Shown piece by piece: positions 40,024 to 49,035 of a stretch of 64,000 nucleotides of DNA; position 1 is the stretch's first letter, and each line of letters opens with the position of its first letter. A program made the translations under genes and the position numbers. The notes under the pieces are model-generated. The model did not search any database. It had not been told where the DNA came from and saw only the letters and a list, made by a program, of their open reading frames with translations. Origin of the DNA: Candidatus Woesebacteria bacterium GW2011_GWF1_31_35 (GTDB taxonomy: Bacteria; Patescibacteriota; Microgenomatia; UBA8517). The stretch lies in NCBI GenBank assembly GCA_001029755.1, contig CP011214.1, positions 711,258 through 775,257 of the forward strand, read 5' to 3'.

Positions 40024-40855
40024 ATAATTTCTTTTCTAAAATATATAACTTTGCACTCCTTGATTTTTGATTATTAAAAATTTCTTCCTGACTTGGTAAA
40101 ACTACTTCACCTTTACCTTTAAAAAAATCTTTAACAATTCTTTCTTCACCCGAATGAAAAGTTATTACTAAAAGTCTCCCACCATTTTCTAAAAGGTTAA
40201 AAGCTTTTGGTAATACCTCTTCTAAATTTTCAAGTTCACTATTAACTGCAATTCTTAAGGCTAACATGGGTAGTGTTGCTGGATTTAAACTTCGTTTATG
40301 TGGCAAATCTTCTAAACATAAATTTAATTCTCCAACTGTTGTAATAGGCCTAACATTAACTATTCTTTCAGCAATTTTTTTTGCGTTAGCAAAATTAACA
40401 ATCTTTGCAAAAAGATTTGTCAATTGAGTTTTATCTAAAACATTTAATAAATCTGATGCCTTCACCCCTTGTGAGTTAGGATTAAGTCTCATATCAAGAG
40501 CTTGACTAGAATCACTAAATGAAAACCCTCTATTGTCTTCTTTTAGATGAATGTTTGAAACTCCTAAGTCAAGTAAAATTCCGGTAACTTTACTAAAATT
40601 ATTTTCTTTAGCAATTTTATCTATATTGGTAAAATTTTCTAATACAAATTTGCCCGTTTCTTTTAATCTATCTTTAGCAATTGCTAAAATTTTAGGATCT
40701 CTTTCAATCCCCAGGACTTTACCACCTAAATTAATAATTGCTTGACTATGACCACCTGTTCCTAAAGTTGCGTCTATTATTTGTGAACTTTTATTAATGT
40801 GCAAACTCTTTATAACTTCTTTAACCATTACCGACTCGTGGTAATTATTTTTCAT
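40022..40855 (-). CDS. rsmH: 16S rRNA m4C1402 methyltransferase
   Basis: HESVM, DATLGTGGHS, DLGVS, RGFSF, LDMR, ALRIAVNSEL, SRSAKL. Confidence 0.96.
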   Translation of the reverse strand: MKNNYHESVMVKEVIKSLHINKSSQIIDATLGTGGHSQAIINLGGKVLGIERDPKILAIAKDRLKETGKFVLENFTNIDKIAKENNFSKVTGILLDLGVSNIHLKEDNRGFSFSDSSQALDMRLNPNSQGVKASDLLNVLDKTQLTNLFAKIVNFANAKKIAERIVNVRPITTVGELNLCLEDLPHKRSLNPATLPMLALRIAVNSELENLEEVLPKAFNLLENGGRLLVITFHSGEERIVKDFFKGKGEVVLPSQEEIFNNQKSRSAKLYILEKKL

Positions 40856-41279
40856 TTTTACTTAAATTTTCAATATACTCTTTAGTTGTTTGTGCCAATT
40901 TAGTTGATTTCTCGTCCCAAACTGTCTTTGGCCAAACCTCAACTCTGTCTATTAATCCTACAAAACAAATTTCTTTTTCAAATTTTGCATACTCAGCTAA
41001 TATTTCAGGGATTATGATTCTACCTTGCTCATCCGGCTTTTGCTCAAAGGCAGATCCTAAAATAAACCTTTCGATATCTCTAACCCCCAAATCTCTTGCT
41101 CTTTTACCTCCTGTTAGTCTAGTTGATAGATTTTCCCAAAAATCTGAGCTTACTAAAATTAGACAATCCTCATACCATTTGGCTAAGATAGGGTTATCTC
41201 CTAATTCATTTATAAATTTTTTAGGTACCGCGACTCTACGTCTGTCGCTTAATATTCCCAAATAGGTTCCTATTAACAT
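40845..41279 (-). CDS. mraZ: Transcriptional regulator MraZ
   Basis: Two AbrB-like repeats (D..RR..P; DEQGRIIIP), G..DRVEVW; ATG 41279 preferred. Confidence 0.92.
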   Translation of the reverse strand: MLIGTYLGILSDRRRVAVPKKFINELGDNPILAKWYEDCLILVSSDFWENLSTRLTGGKRARDLGVRDIERFILGSAFEQKPDEQGRIIIPEILAEYAKFEKEICFVGLIDRVEVWPKTVWDEKSTKLAQTTKEYIENLSKNEK

Positions 41280-41300
41280 AAATTTACTTTCTTGGGCAGG

Positions 41301-41353
41301 AACCACTTTTCACCACTACAAACCATTTTGATATCTTTTCACAACGATGTCAA
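41301..41353 (-). promoter_or_regulatory. dcw promoter with three MraZ-type direct repeats
   Basis: TTGACA (41348-53)-17 bp-CAAAAT; (A/G)TGGT repeated at 10-bp period overlapping and downstream of the -10. Confidence 0.75.
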
Positions 41354-41387
41354 GAGGTATTTCACGAAGAATTATGTAACTTAAGTA

Positions 41388-42059
41388 TTATTTATAGAAG
41401 ATATTTGCACCAACTTTTTGCCAGCCTTCAGCCGTGCCTGAAGGAAGTGTATCTGAAGCAAAAATTCCGTAAGGACCAGAGGTAACTGTTGATGGTCCGC
41501 CACTTATGAATCCAAAAGTTTCCATTGTTACAAAAAACATACCTTTTGGTTTTTTATCCAATGTATACTTAAAAGTATCATCAATTGAGGTTAATTCTAA
41601 ATCTATTGACTGTAGATGAAACTTAGTAGAAAATTTTGCTAATAATTTTCCTTTAGAATCTCTTAATCTTATAGTTAAACTACCATCATTTACACCCTCA
41701 TCATATCTAAACTTACCAGAAGACTCGGAGCCTAACAAAAGCTTCCTCTCAATCTCTGTAGCCCCTTTTAAATCGATGTTACCAGGTACACCTTGTGTTC
41801 TACCATCTGGAAGCGAATATAAAAGCTCATAATCGAGAGATGTAACTTTGGCAAGTTTAATTTTTTCAATTTTTAGAGTTAAATAATGACCATCAGAAGT
41901 TGGAGTTAGCGAAGCTACTGGTCTATCAGAAAGACCTACTTCAATAACAGCATTAGAATCATCTACAGGAGTTGCTCTACCCTTTTTAATAAATACAAAA
42001 ACTAAAACTAAGATAAGAAGACCTGCTACAAAAAGAATTATCGGCAAGATTTTTTTCAT
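41388..42059 (-). CDS. Membrane-anchored hypothetical protein
   Basis: N-terminal TM and beta-rich soluble domain. Confidence 0.75.
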   Translation of the reverse strand: MKKILPIILFVAGLLILVLVFVFIKKGRATPVDDSNAVIEVGLSDRPVASLTPTSDGHYLTLKIEKIKLAKVTSLDYELLYSLPDGRTQGVPGNIDLKGATEIERKLLLGSESSGKFRYDEGVNDGSLTIRLRDSKGKLLAKFSTKFHLQSIDLELTSIDDTFKYTLDKKPKGMFFVTMETFGFISGGPSTVTSGPYGIFASDTLPSGTAEGWQKVGANIFYK

Positions 42060-42126
42060 CTATATATATTTATCCATTTTTTTATAAGAAGTGTCAAGAT
42101 GTAAGTTTTTGTGCTAGTATGTTTTT

Positions 42127-42498
42127 GTGGCTATAAAAAAGATTTATTACAATAAATTAGTTAGAGATAAAATTCCTGAAATTATAAAATTAAAAGACGC
42201 AAAGGCAAAATTTAGAAAACTTACTCCAAAACAATTTAAAAAATACTTACTGCTTAAGGTTGAAGAAGAAGCAAGCGCATTAAAAACAATAAAATCAAAA
42301 GAAGAAATTACAAATGAACTGGCAGACGTTATTGAAGTTATAGAAGAAATAAAAAAATTCATGAAAATATCTGAAAATGAAATAGAAATTGAAAGAAAAA
42401 AGAATATGGATAAAAAAGGAGGTTTTAATAAAAAATTATTTTTAATTTGGTCAGAAGATACCGGATATAAAACAAATGAAAAAAGAAATGCTAAATAA
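42127..42498 (+). CDS. MazG-like NTP pyrophosphohydrolase (PRA-PH-like)
   Basis: YNKLVRDKIPEII, EE...ELADVIEV, KKGGF. Confidence 0.85.
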   Translation: MAIKKIYYNKLVRDKIPEIIKLKDAKAKFRKLTPKQFKKYLLLKVEEEASALKTIKSKEEITNELADVIEVIEEIKKFMKISENEIEIERKKNMDKKGGFNKKLFLIWSEDTGYKTNEKRNAK

Positions 42499-43779
42499 TT
42501 ACTTTAATTTCTCTGAAAAATAAGAATCAAGTTTTGAAATTTCAAACCTATCCTGTTTTCCAGTATCCCTATCTCTAACTGTTACCTTCTCATCTTCCAG
42601 TGTTTGGAAATCAACAGTAACACACCACGGAGTTCCTATCTCATCCTGTGCAAAATAACGTTTACCAATATTTCCTCTATCATCCCAAATAACTACAAGA
42701 TTTTCCTTTAACTTCTCATATATTCCTTTTGCTTTTTTGACCAATTCTTCTTTGTTTGCAAGAAGTGGAAAAACAGCAACTTTATATGGAGCAAGTTTAG
42801 GACTTAATTTTAAGTAAACCCTTCCCTCGTCCTCTCTGTATGAATCAATCAGGAAAAAAAGTGTTGCTCTATCTACTCCCCCTGAAGTCTCAATTACCCA
42901 AGGAGTATAAACTTCACCAGAAATATTATCCCTATAACTTAAATTATGATTTTTTAAATCAAAATCACCTCTATGATGAATTCCTTCCATTTCGCTCCAA
43001 CCAAAAGGTGATTCATATTCTATATCTGTTGCATATTTTGCATAATGAGCCCTTTTTTCAGGTGCATGGTCTGCAAAATGCAATTTTTTCTCATCCATTC
43101 CTAAATTTATATACCAATCCATTCTTATCTTTTTTAATTCTTCATAAGTTTTCTCACTTATTTTTTCGTCTGGTTTAACAAAATACTCAAGTTCCATTTG
43201 CTCAAATTCACAAGACCTGAATGTAAAATTTCCTGGGGTTACTTCATTTCTAAATGCTTTACCAATCTGGGCAATACCAAATGGAATTTTTACTCTTGTT
43301 GAATTAACTATGTTTTCAAAATTAACAAAAGCTCCTTGGGTTATTTCACCTCTTAAATATGCTTTATTTTTTGGTTCAGTTGTTCCTAATAAAACTTCTG
43401 TCATTAAATTGAAAGTTTTTTCTTCGGCCCAATCTGATTTACCATCATGTTCTTTTTCGTGATTTTTCAAAATATTTTCTTGATCTCCTCTAAATCTTTT
43501 ATGACAAATCTTACATTCAACTAAAGGATCAGAAAAAGCTTTTAAGTGTCCTGATTTTTCCCAAACGATTGGATTCATTACAATTGAAGCATCAATTCCC
43601 ACAACATCATCTCTTTTATAGACCATTGTCTTCCACCACTCATTTTTAATATTTTTCTTTAATTCAACCCCCATTGGGCCATAATCCCAAAAACCTTGAT
43701 AGCCGCCATAAATTTCACTACTTTGGAAGATAATTCCACGTCTTTTAGCTAAGCTAGTAATTTTTTCCATTAAATCCAT
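42499..43779 (-). CDS. glyQS: Glycyl-tRNA synthetase (alpha2 type)
   Basis: KRRG...EIYGG, DYGP.G, FRNEVTP, EFEQME, AHYA, IGKRY..QDEIGTP. Confidence 0.96.
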   Translation of the reverse strand: MDLMEKITSLAKRRGIIFQSSEIYGGYQGFWDYGPMGVELKKNIKNEWWKTMVYKRDDVVGIDASIVMNPIVWEKSGHLKAFSDPLVECKICHKRFRGDQENILKNHEKEHDGKSDWAEEKTFNLMTEVLLGTTEPKNKAYLRGEITQGAFVNFENIVNSTRVKIPFGIAQIGKAFRNEVTPGNFTFRSCEFEQMELEYFVKPDEKISEKTYEELKKIRMDWYINLGMDEKKLHFADHAPEKRAHYAKYATDIEYESPFGWSEMEGIHHRGDFDLKNHNLSYRDNISGEVYTPWVIETSGGVDRATLFFLIDSYREDEGRVYLKLSPKLAPYKVAVFPLLANKEELVKKAKGIYEKLKENLVVIWDDRGNIGKRYFAQDEIGTPWCVTVDFQTLEDEKVTVRDRDTGKQDRFEISKLDSYFSEKLK

Positions 43780-43793
43780 TTTCTTATTATATG

Positions 43794-44462
43794 TTATTTT
43801 TGAATTACTTTGAAATATTCTTCTTTTAATAATCTTTTAAAGAACAAAAACATAATCTCTTTGTTCTTTGTTTGTGAAACGTGAGCTTTTATTGCTTTAA
43901 TCTTAGTATCTAAATAAGAACTTACATCTACGGCTAAATCCATATCATTTTTGTCTAAACCTTCAGGAAAATAGACAAAGTATTTATTTCCCATTAATTT
44001 TTTAATACTTTTAAGATGTGTAAAATATAATATTTGTTTAACAAATTTAAGTCTTTCAAAAAGGTATGATGTTTGCATAGAAACAGCAATATGATCTAAA
44101 TGTCCTGAAACACCATTCATATTATAAGTAAGAAGTGTGTCAGGTTTTATATCAAAAAGTATTTTTTCAATTTTCTCAACAACCAAATGATAATTATTAT
44201 TATTTAAAGTCCCATCATCAAAACCCAATAGGTAGAGATTATTGTTGTTTATTCCAAGAATTTTAGTTGATTTTTGAAGTTCTTTTTTTCTTATTTCACC
44301 CAATTCACTACTACCATTAGCGTTTCCTGAAGTAACACAAATTAGATAAACCTTACACCCTTCTTTCAAAAAATGGACAATTGTCCCTCCCGGTCCCATT
44401 GCTTCATCGTCAGGATGAGCAAAAATACAAACAATTTTTTTAGGTGGTATCATTTTGTTCAT
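43794..44462 (-). CDS. PIG-L/LmbE family deacetylase
   Basis: AHPDDE, GHLDH, H.SQ. Confidence 0.88.
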   Translation of the reverse strand: MNKMIPPKKIVCIFAHPDDEAMGPGGTIVHFLKEGCKVYLICVTSGNANGSSELGEIRKKELQKSTKILGINNNNLYLLGFDDGTLNNNNYHLVVEKIEKILFDIKPDTLLTYNMNGVSGHLDHIAVSMQTSYLFERLKFVKQILYFTHLKSIKKLMGNKYFVYFPEGLDKNDMDLAVDVSSYLDTKIKAIKAHVSQTKNKEIMFLFFKRLLKEEYFKVIQK

Positions 44463-45004
44463 TGTAAAATCTTTTTACCGACTCGGAAAGAGTTAATTTG
44501 CCTTTCAACAACTTCTTCCAAAACCATGTCTGCATCTATTAATTTTTTATTTTCTGGCCAGTATCCTAATTCCTTTAATAATTCATATAAAAACTCATGT
44601 CTTAATTTTTTTAGTTTAGTTTCATTTTCTAATCTGCAAAGAAATACTGTTAATAAATTAAAAACATTATTATGGATTTCGTCTTCTCTTGTTATCTTTG
44701 TTATTACTTCGCAAAAATAATATGCAAGTGATATTTTATTCAAATTGGTTCTTATTTTTGAAAAAGTATTTATTGTTTCGACCTCAGTGATAATATCCAT
44801 TCCATGTCCTCTTGAGGCTGAAAATTTAATATGACTAAATACTTCTAAATGTCCTCTTTTTTTGGATTTTAATTTCCTTATTCCTTTGGCGAGCAAACTT
44901 ATCTTTCCGTATGATTTACTAAAACAGGTAAGTATTCTGTCTGCCTCTGAATAGTTTTTTCGAGCTAGTATTATTCCTTCTGAAGAATAAGTCCTAATTT
45001 TCAT
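44459..45004 (-). CDS. recO: DNA repair protein RecO (short)
   Basis: GIIL...YSEADRI, GKI..LAKGIRK. Confidence 0.88.
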   Translation of the reverse strand: MKIRTYSSEGIILARKNYSEADRILTCFSKSYGKISLLAKGIRKLKSKKRGHLEVFSHIKFSASRGHGMDIITEVETINTFSKIRTNLNKISLAYYFCEVITKITREDEIHNNVFNLLTVFLCRLENETKLKKLRHEFLYELLKELGYWPENKKLIDADMVLEEVVERQINSFRVGKKILQ

Positions 45005-45244
45005 TTAGGCAAATTTCATGCTTTCCAAGTTACTAACTCTTTCTTCTAGTTTATCAACTCTTCTTACTGATGATTCATTTATAGCAACTTCTGCAATTCT
45101 TTGGGATAGATCATTTTTTGCTTTTGTAATTCTTATTGCAGTTCTTTTTTCAGAGCGAGATATTTCTATCTTTAAACCATCTTGAGTCACAACACCATAT
45201 TCCTTAAATGCCTTAATAAGATCAATTTTTGTAAGAGATTGCAT
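45005..45244 (-). CDS. Small coiled-coil hypothetical protein
   Basis: 79 aa ending LEERVSNLE; abuts recO. Confidence 0.65.
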   Translation of the reverse strand: MQSLTKIDLIKAFKEYGVVTQDGLKIEISRSEKRTAIRITKAKNDLSQRIAEVAINESSVRRVDKLEERVSNLESMKFA

Positions 45245-45256
45245 ATTTTTAATATA

Positions 45257-47197
45257 TCACAACTTTATTCTTATTTCTTTATCTACATTAAGTAAAAATT
45301 CTTCTTCTAACTTCCCAGATCTTAATATATAAAGTGGAGCATCTGTTCCAGGTTGTTTTTGGATAAACATTTTTAAATCTGTTGATTTCTTGAATGGAAG
45401 TGAGTATTTAAAAGTTACTTTGGATACCCCTTCTGGTCTTAATTTAAAATATCCTGAAAATACTGTTTTTCCTAATTCCTCATATGAATCGTATTTTTTT
45501 TCTAAACCTTCAACAGCAATTAAAGTACTTCCTTTTGGAACATATACTCTTACCCAATTAGGAAGAACTGAATTTAGCCAACCATCATATTTTTCTGGAT
45601 TTTTGTAAGTTATGGTAACTGTCTTTTCAATTGACCCATCTTTTGTAACAATTATTTCTTGATCAACTTCTTGTTTAACATAAAGATTGGATTTTCTTCC
45701 ACCTAAATTAGAATCATTTATATGAAGATAATCTCCTTCATAATTTTCAATTCTTCCTGCGATTCCAAATCCTTCAACTGCGCTTTGAGCTTTTTCATCG
45801 TAAAGATAAAAAAGCACGTGTTTTTCCATAACTGATTTAAAAATAGAATCCATAAGTTTTGGAATTTTATCTTTAGGCTGTCCAAAAGCATTAGCTAAAA
45901 TTGAATTCATCAAAGGACCAATTATCTTTTTCCTGTTATCAGAATTTGCAGGTCTTAAAATAATTTTCCCTGTAATAGGATCCCAAATAATTGGACCTTC
46001 AACATCTGCAAAACTTTCAAGTTCATAAATAACTTGTGGACAATTACATTTAGGTTCTATTTTTGTAGAAAAATTTCCAAATCCTGGTACACCAATTTCA
46101 CCCAATGCATCCAATAAATTAACCAAAAGGCCCGTATCAACTGCAATTATTCCATCAATATTTTTTAAACCTACTTTTTTTGACTCTTGGGTAAAAAGAT
46201 CCATTGAGACTTTAAAATCCGGGTTATAGTTTAAATCACGTAAGCGAATATTTTGAGATAATACATAAGGACCCTTTATTAAGTCTACAATTGCAATAGG
46301 TGCTGGAAGAACTGGTTTATATCTTGCATCTAAATTATAAATATCATCAGAGGAAACTGGCTCAAATTTGGCTTTTGATACTTTCATAACTGAATATGCA
46401 GTTAAAAAACCTCCAGTTGCACGAAGCTCTTTGTCATTTTGAAAAAGTACTAAATAATTTCTATCTGAATCAATTCCTAAAAGGTAGGGCATACTTTCCA
46501 ATAAAGGCTTACTATCTGAAATATATGAAGAAACTTTTTTGAAAAGATCAAGAATTGATCTTAATTTTTCTCTAACTGGAATATTTTTAATTTTTTCTGG
46601 ATATCTATCAGGATTAATGTTTGAAAGTTCTTTTTCAGCCTCTGCAAATTTTTTACTAATTTCATCTGTTTTAGGAATTATTCCGGGAATGGAAGATATT
46701 ACAAAATCAATTCTTTCCTGTGCGGTTTTTTCTCCGTCTTTTTGACCATTATCTTTAAAACCTAATTCTGCCAAATAGGGATCGATTGTATCAAGAGTTA
46801 TTTCTCCTGCATCAAAAACTAATCCTCCAGCATTTAAACCATGGCCTAAATCGGAAACGTATGAACCAAAATATGGAACGATTTTCATCCAACCAATTAA
46901 TTTATATGAATTTCTGACTTCAGAAACAGAAGTTTTAATAGTTAATATATTTGTTTTAATTTTATTTACATCACTAAAACTTGAGGCTACAAGTATTGGT
47001 TGAATTTTTGCATATTCTGCTTTAACTTTTGTAAAAAAAATTAGAAGTGGAACTATAAAAATTGCCAATAAAGCTAAAATTACTGAAGGAATAACAATAA
47101 CAATTGGTTTTATTTTTAACTTTTTTTTAGATTCTAGAACCTCTCCATTTTTTTCTGGATCAATTTTAGGAATTAGTATGGTGGGCTGGGGTTCCAT
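45257..47197 (-). CDS. DUF4012-like membrane-anchored protein
   Basis: TM, helical stalk, YLVLFQNDKELRATGGF, RD.N..PDF, DGIIAVD, RVYVPKGS, QKQPG. Confidence 0.8.
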   Translation of the reverse strand: MEPQPTILIPKIDPEKNGEVLESKKKLKIKPIVIVIPSVILALLAIFIVPLLIFFTKVKAEYAKIQPILVASSFSDVNKIKTNILTIKTSVSEVRNSYKLIGWMKIVPYFGSYVSDLGHGLNAGGLVFDAGEITLDTIDPYLAELGFKDNGQKDGEKTAQERIDFVISSIPGIIPKTDEISKKFAEAEKELSNINPDRYPEKIKNIPVREKLRSILDLFKKVSSYISDSKPLLESMPYLLGIDSDRNYLVLFQNDKELRATGGFLTAYSVMKVSKAKFEPVSSDDIYNLDARYKPVLPAPIAIVDLIKGPYVLSQNIRLRDLNYNPDFKVSMDLFTQESKKVGLKNIDGIIAVDTGLLVNLLDALGEIGVPGFGNFSTKIEPKCNCPQVIYELESFADVEGPIIWDPITGKIILRPANSDNRKKIIGPLMNSILANAFGQPKDKIPKLMDSIFKSVMEKHVLFYLYDEKAQSAVEGFGIAGRIENYEGDYLHINDSNLGGRKSNLYVKQEVDQEIIVTKDGSIEKTVTITYKNPEKYDGWLNSVLPNWVRVYVPKGSTLIAVEGLEKKYDSYEELGKTVFSGYFKLRPEGVSKVTFKYSLPFKKSTDLKMFIQKQPGTDAPLYILRSGKLEEEFLLNVDKEIRIKL

Positions 47198-47230
47198 ATT
47201 ATTAATTCATTGTATATCAATGGAGAAAAA

Positions 47231-47884
47231 TTATCGAGCACCCCTTCCAGAAATCATAACCCACGGAGTTTTAATAATAATTAAAAAATCAAAAAATAAA
47301 GATTTTTTTCTAGCATAAAACGCATCCATTTCAATTCTTTTATCAAAATTAACATCACTTCTTCCTTCAACCTGCCAATAACCAGTAATTCCAGGTTTTA
47401 CTTTTTGCATCTCTTTTACATATTTCTCAGTGCCAGGATATTTTTCCATCTGCTCATCTAATTCTTCTTTTAGATAGGGTCTAGGGCCAACTATACTCAT
47501 GTCTCCCATTAAAACATTAATGAGTTGTGGCATTTCGTCTATTGAATGTTTTCTAATAAATTTACCTACCTTTGTAACTCTCGGATCCTTTTTTGGTTTG
47601 TAACTACCTCCAGAATGTTTTTGAATATAGGCAATTTTATATTTAGGATGAGTTTTTTCTAAAATGTCTCCATACAGAATCATTGATCTAAATTTATAAA
47701 GTCTAAAGGTCTTTCCATTTTTCCCTAATCTTTTCATATGTGAATTGGTTTTTTCGACAAAAATAGATCCCTCAGAAGTAATTTTGATAGCTATGGCTGT
47801 AGCAATTATTATAGGAGAGAAGACAATAAGAAGTATTATTGAGGCGACTATATCTATTGTTCGTTTTATAATATCAAAAAACAT
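47231..47884 (-). CDS. Priming phosphoglycosyl transferase (PglC/WbaP C-domain type)
   Basis: KR.IDI, KFRSM, DPRVT.VG, IDEMPQL.NV..GDMSIVGPRP, KPGITG.WQV. Confidence 0.93.
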   Translation of the reverse strand: MFFDIIKRTIDIVASIILLIVFSPIIIATAIAIKITSEGSIFVEKTNSHMKRLGKNGKTFRLYKFRSMILYGDILEKTHPKYKIAYIQKHSGGSYKPKKDPRVTKVGKFIRKHSIDEMPQLINVLMGDMSIVGPRPYLKEELDEQMEKYPGTEKYVKEMQKVKPGITGYWQVEGRSDVNFDKRIEMDAFYARKKSLFFDFLIIIKTPWVMISGRGAR

Positions 47885-47892
47885 AAGGCAAT

Positions 47893-49035
47893 TTAAAGAA
47901 GTTCTTTCCTTCCCTGATCCTTCAAGAGTTCGACAATTTTTTTGACGGATTGTGCATGGCTCTTAGAACATACAAGTAACGCTTCCTTAGTATCAACAAT
48001 TATTAAGTTATCAACATCAATTGCAGCTATTAATCTACCATTTGAGTGAATCAAAGCATCGGTTGTATCAATATTTATTACTTCTCCACCTTTCTCATCA
48101 CCCTTAATTACTACGTTTCCATCAACATCTTTTGGTAAATTCTTCCAAACCTCATTCCAATCTCCAATATCTGTCCAACCATAATCTGCAATTATCATAA
48201 AGAAATTTTTGGACTTTTCAGATATAGCATAATCGATCGAAATCTTTTCAAATTTCTTGTATTCCCTTTCAATAATCCCCTTTTCATCACTTTTACCCAA
48301 GTTTTCTTTTATAACCTCAATTCCTTGATAAAGTGTTTTTGCATAATTTTTAACTTCATCTAAAAATTTGTCTGCTCTCCAGACATAATGATTTGCGTTC
48401 CAAAAATAATCACCAGACTCTGTATATTTTTTAGCTATCTCAAGGGGTGGTTTTTCAACAAACTTATCCAATTTATATACATACCTTCCTTCAGATACTG
48501 CAACTTTTTCTCCTTTTTTTAGATGGCCCATTCCTGTATGCGGATACGTTGGCCTAATACCAATTGAAATTAAACAATTATTCTCAAAAGCATATTTACT
48601 AGCAGCAAACATTGTTTTTTCATAATTTAATTGAGGGCTCACTATATGATCAGAAGCAGCATTAATAATAACAGCCTCGGGATCTTTATTCAGTATATAA
48701 ATAGCTCCTAAAGCATGTGCCGCCGCACTATCTTTTCTTTCTGGCTCAACTAACACATTTTCTGTTGGAACTTTAGGTAGAAGCTTTTTAATCTCGTCAC
48801 CATATGGCTTGGAGGTAGTGACTACAAATATTTTATCCCAAGGTAAAAATTTACTTAATCTTTCACCTGTAATTTCAACTAAAGTTTTATTATCAAATAT
48901 CTTTAAAAATTGTTTTGGAGTCCTTTCAAGAGATTTTGGCCAGAGACGAGTTCCCCCACCCCCTGCTAGTATAAGCGCGTACAAGTGATCTTTGTAGGTT
49001 TTCTTTAAATCTTTCTTTTGAAAAATTTTTAGCAT
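47893..49035 (-). CDS. manC: Mannose-1-phosphate guanylyltransferase
   Basis: ILAGGGGTRLWP.S...PKQF, EP, FVEKP, SIDYA, WTDIGDW; start uncertain (49041, 49035 or 48984). Confidence 0.92.
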   Translation of the reverse strand: MLKIFQKKDLKKTYKDHLYALILAGGGGTRLWPKSLERTPKQFLKIFDNKTLVEITGERLSKFLPWDKIFVVTTSKPYGDEIKKLLPKVPTENVLVEPERKDSAAAHALGAIYILNKDPEAVIINAASDHIVSPQLNYEKTMFAASKYAFENNCLISIGIRPTYPHTGMGHLKKGEKVAVSEGRYVYKLDKFVEKPPLEIAKKYTESGDYFWNANHYVWRADKFLDEVKNYAKTLYQGIEVIKENLGKSDEKGIIEREYKKFEKISIDYAISEKSKNFFMIIADYGWTDIGDWNEVWKNLPKDVDGNVVIKGDEKGGEVINIDTTDALIHSNGRLIAAIDVDNLIIVDTKEALLVCSKSHAQSVKKIVELLKDQGRKELL

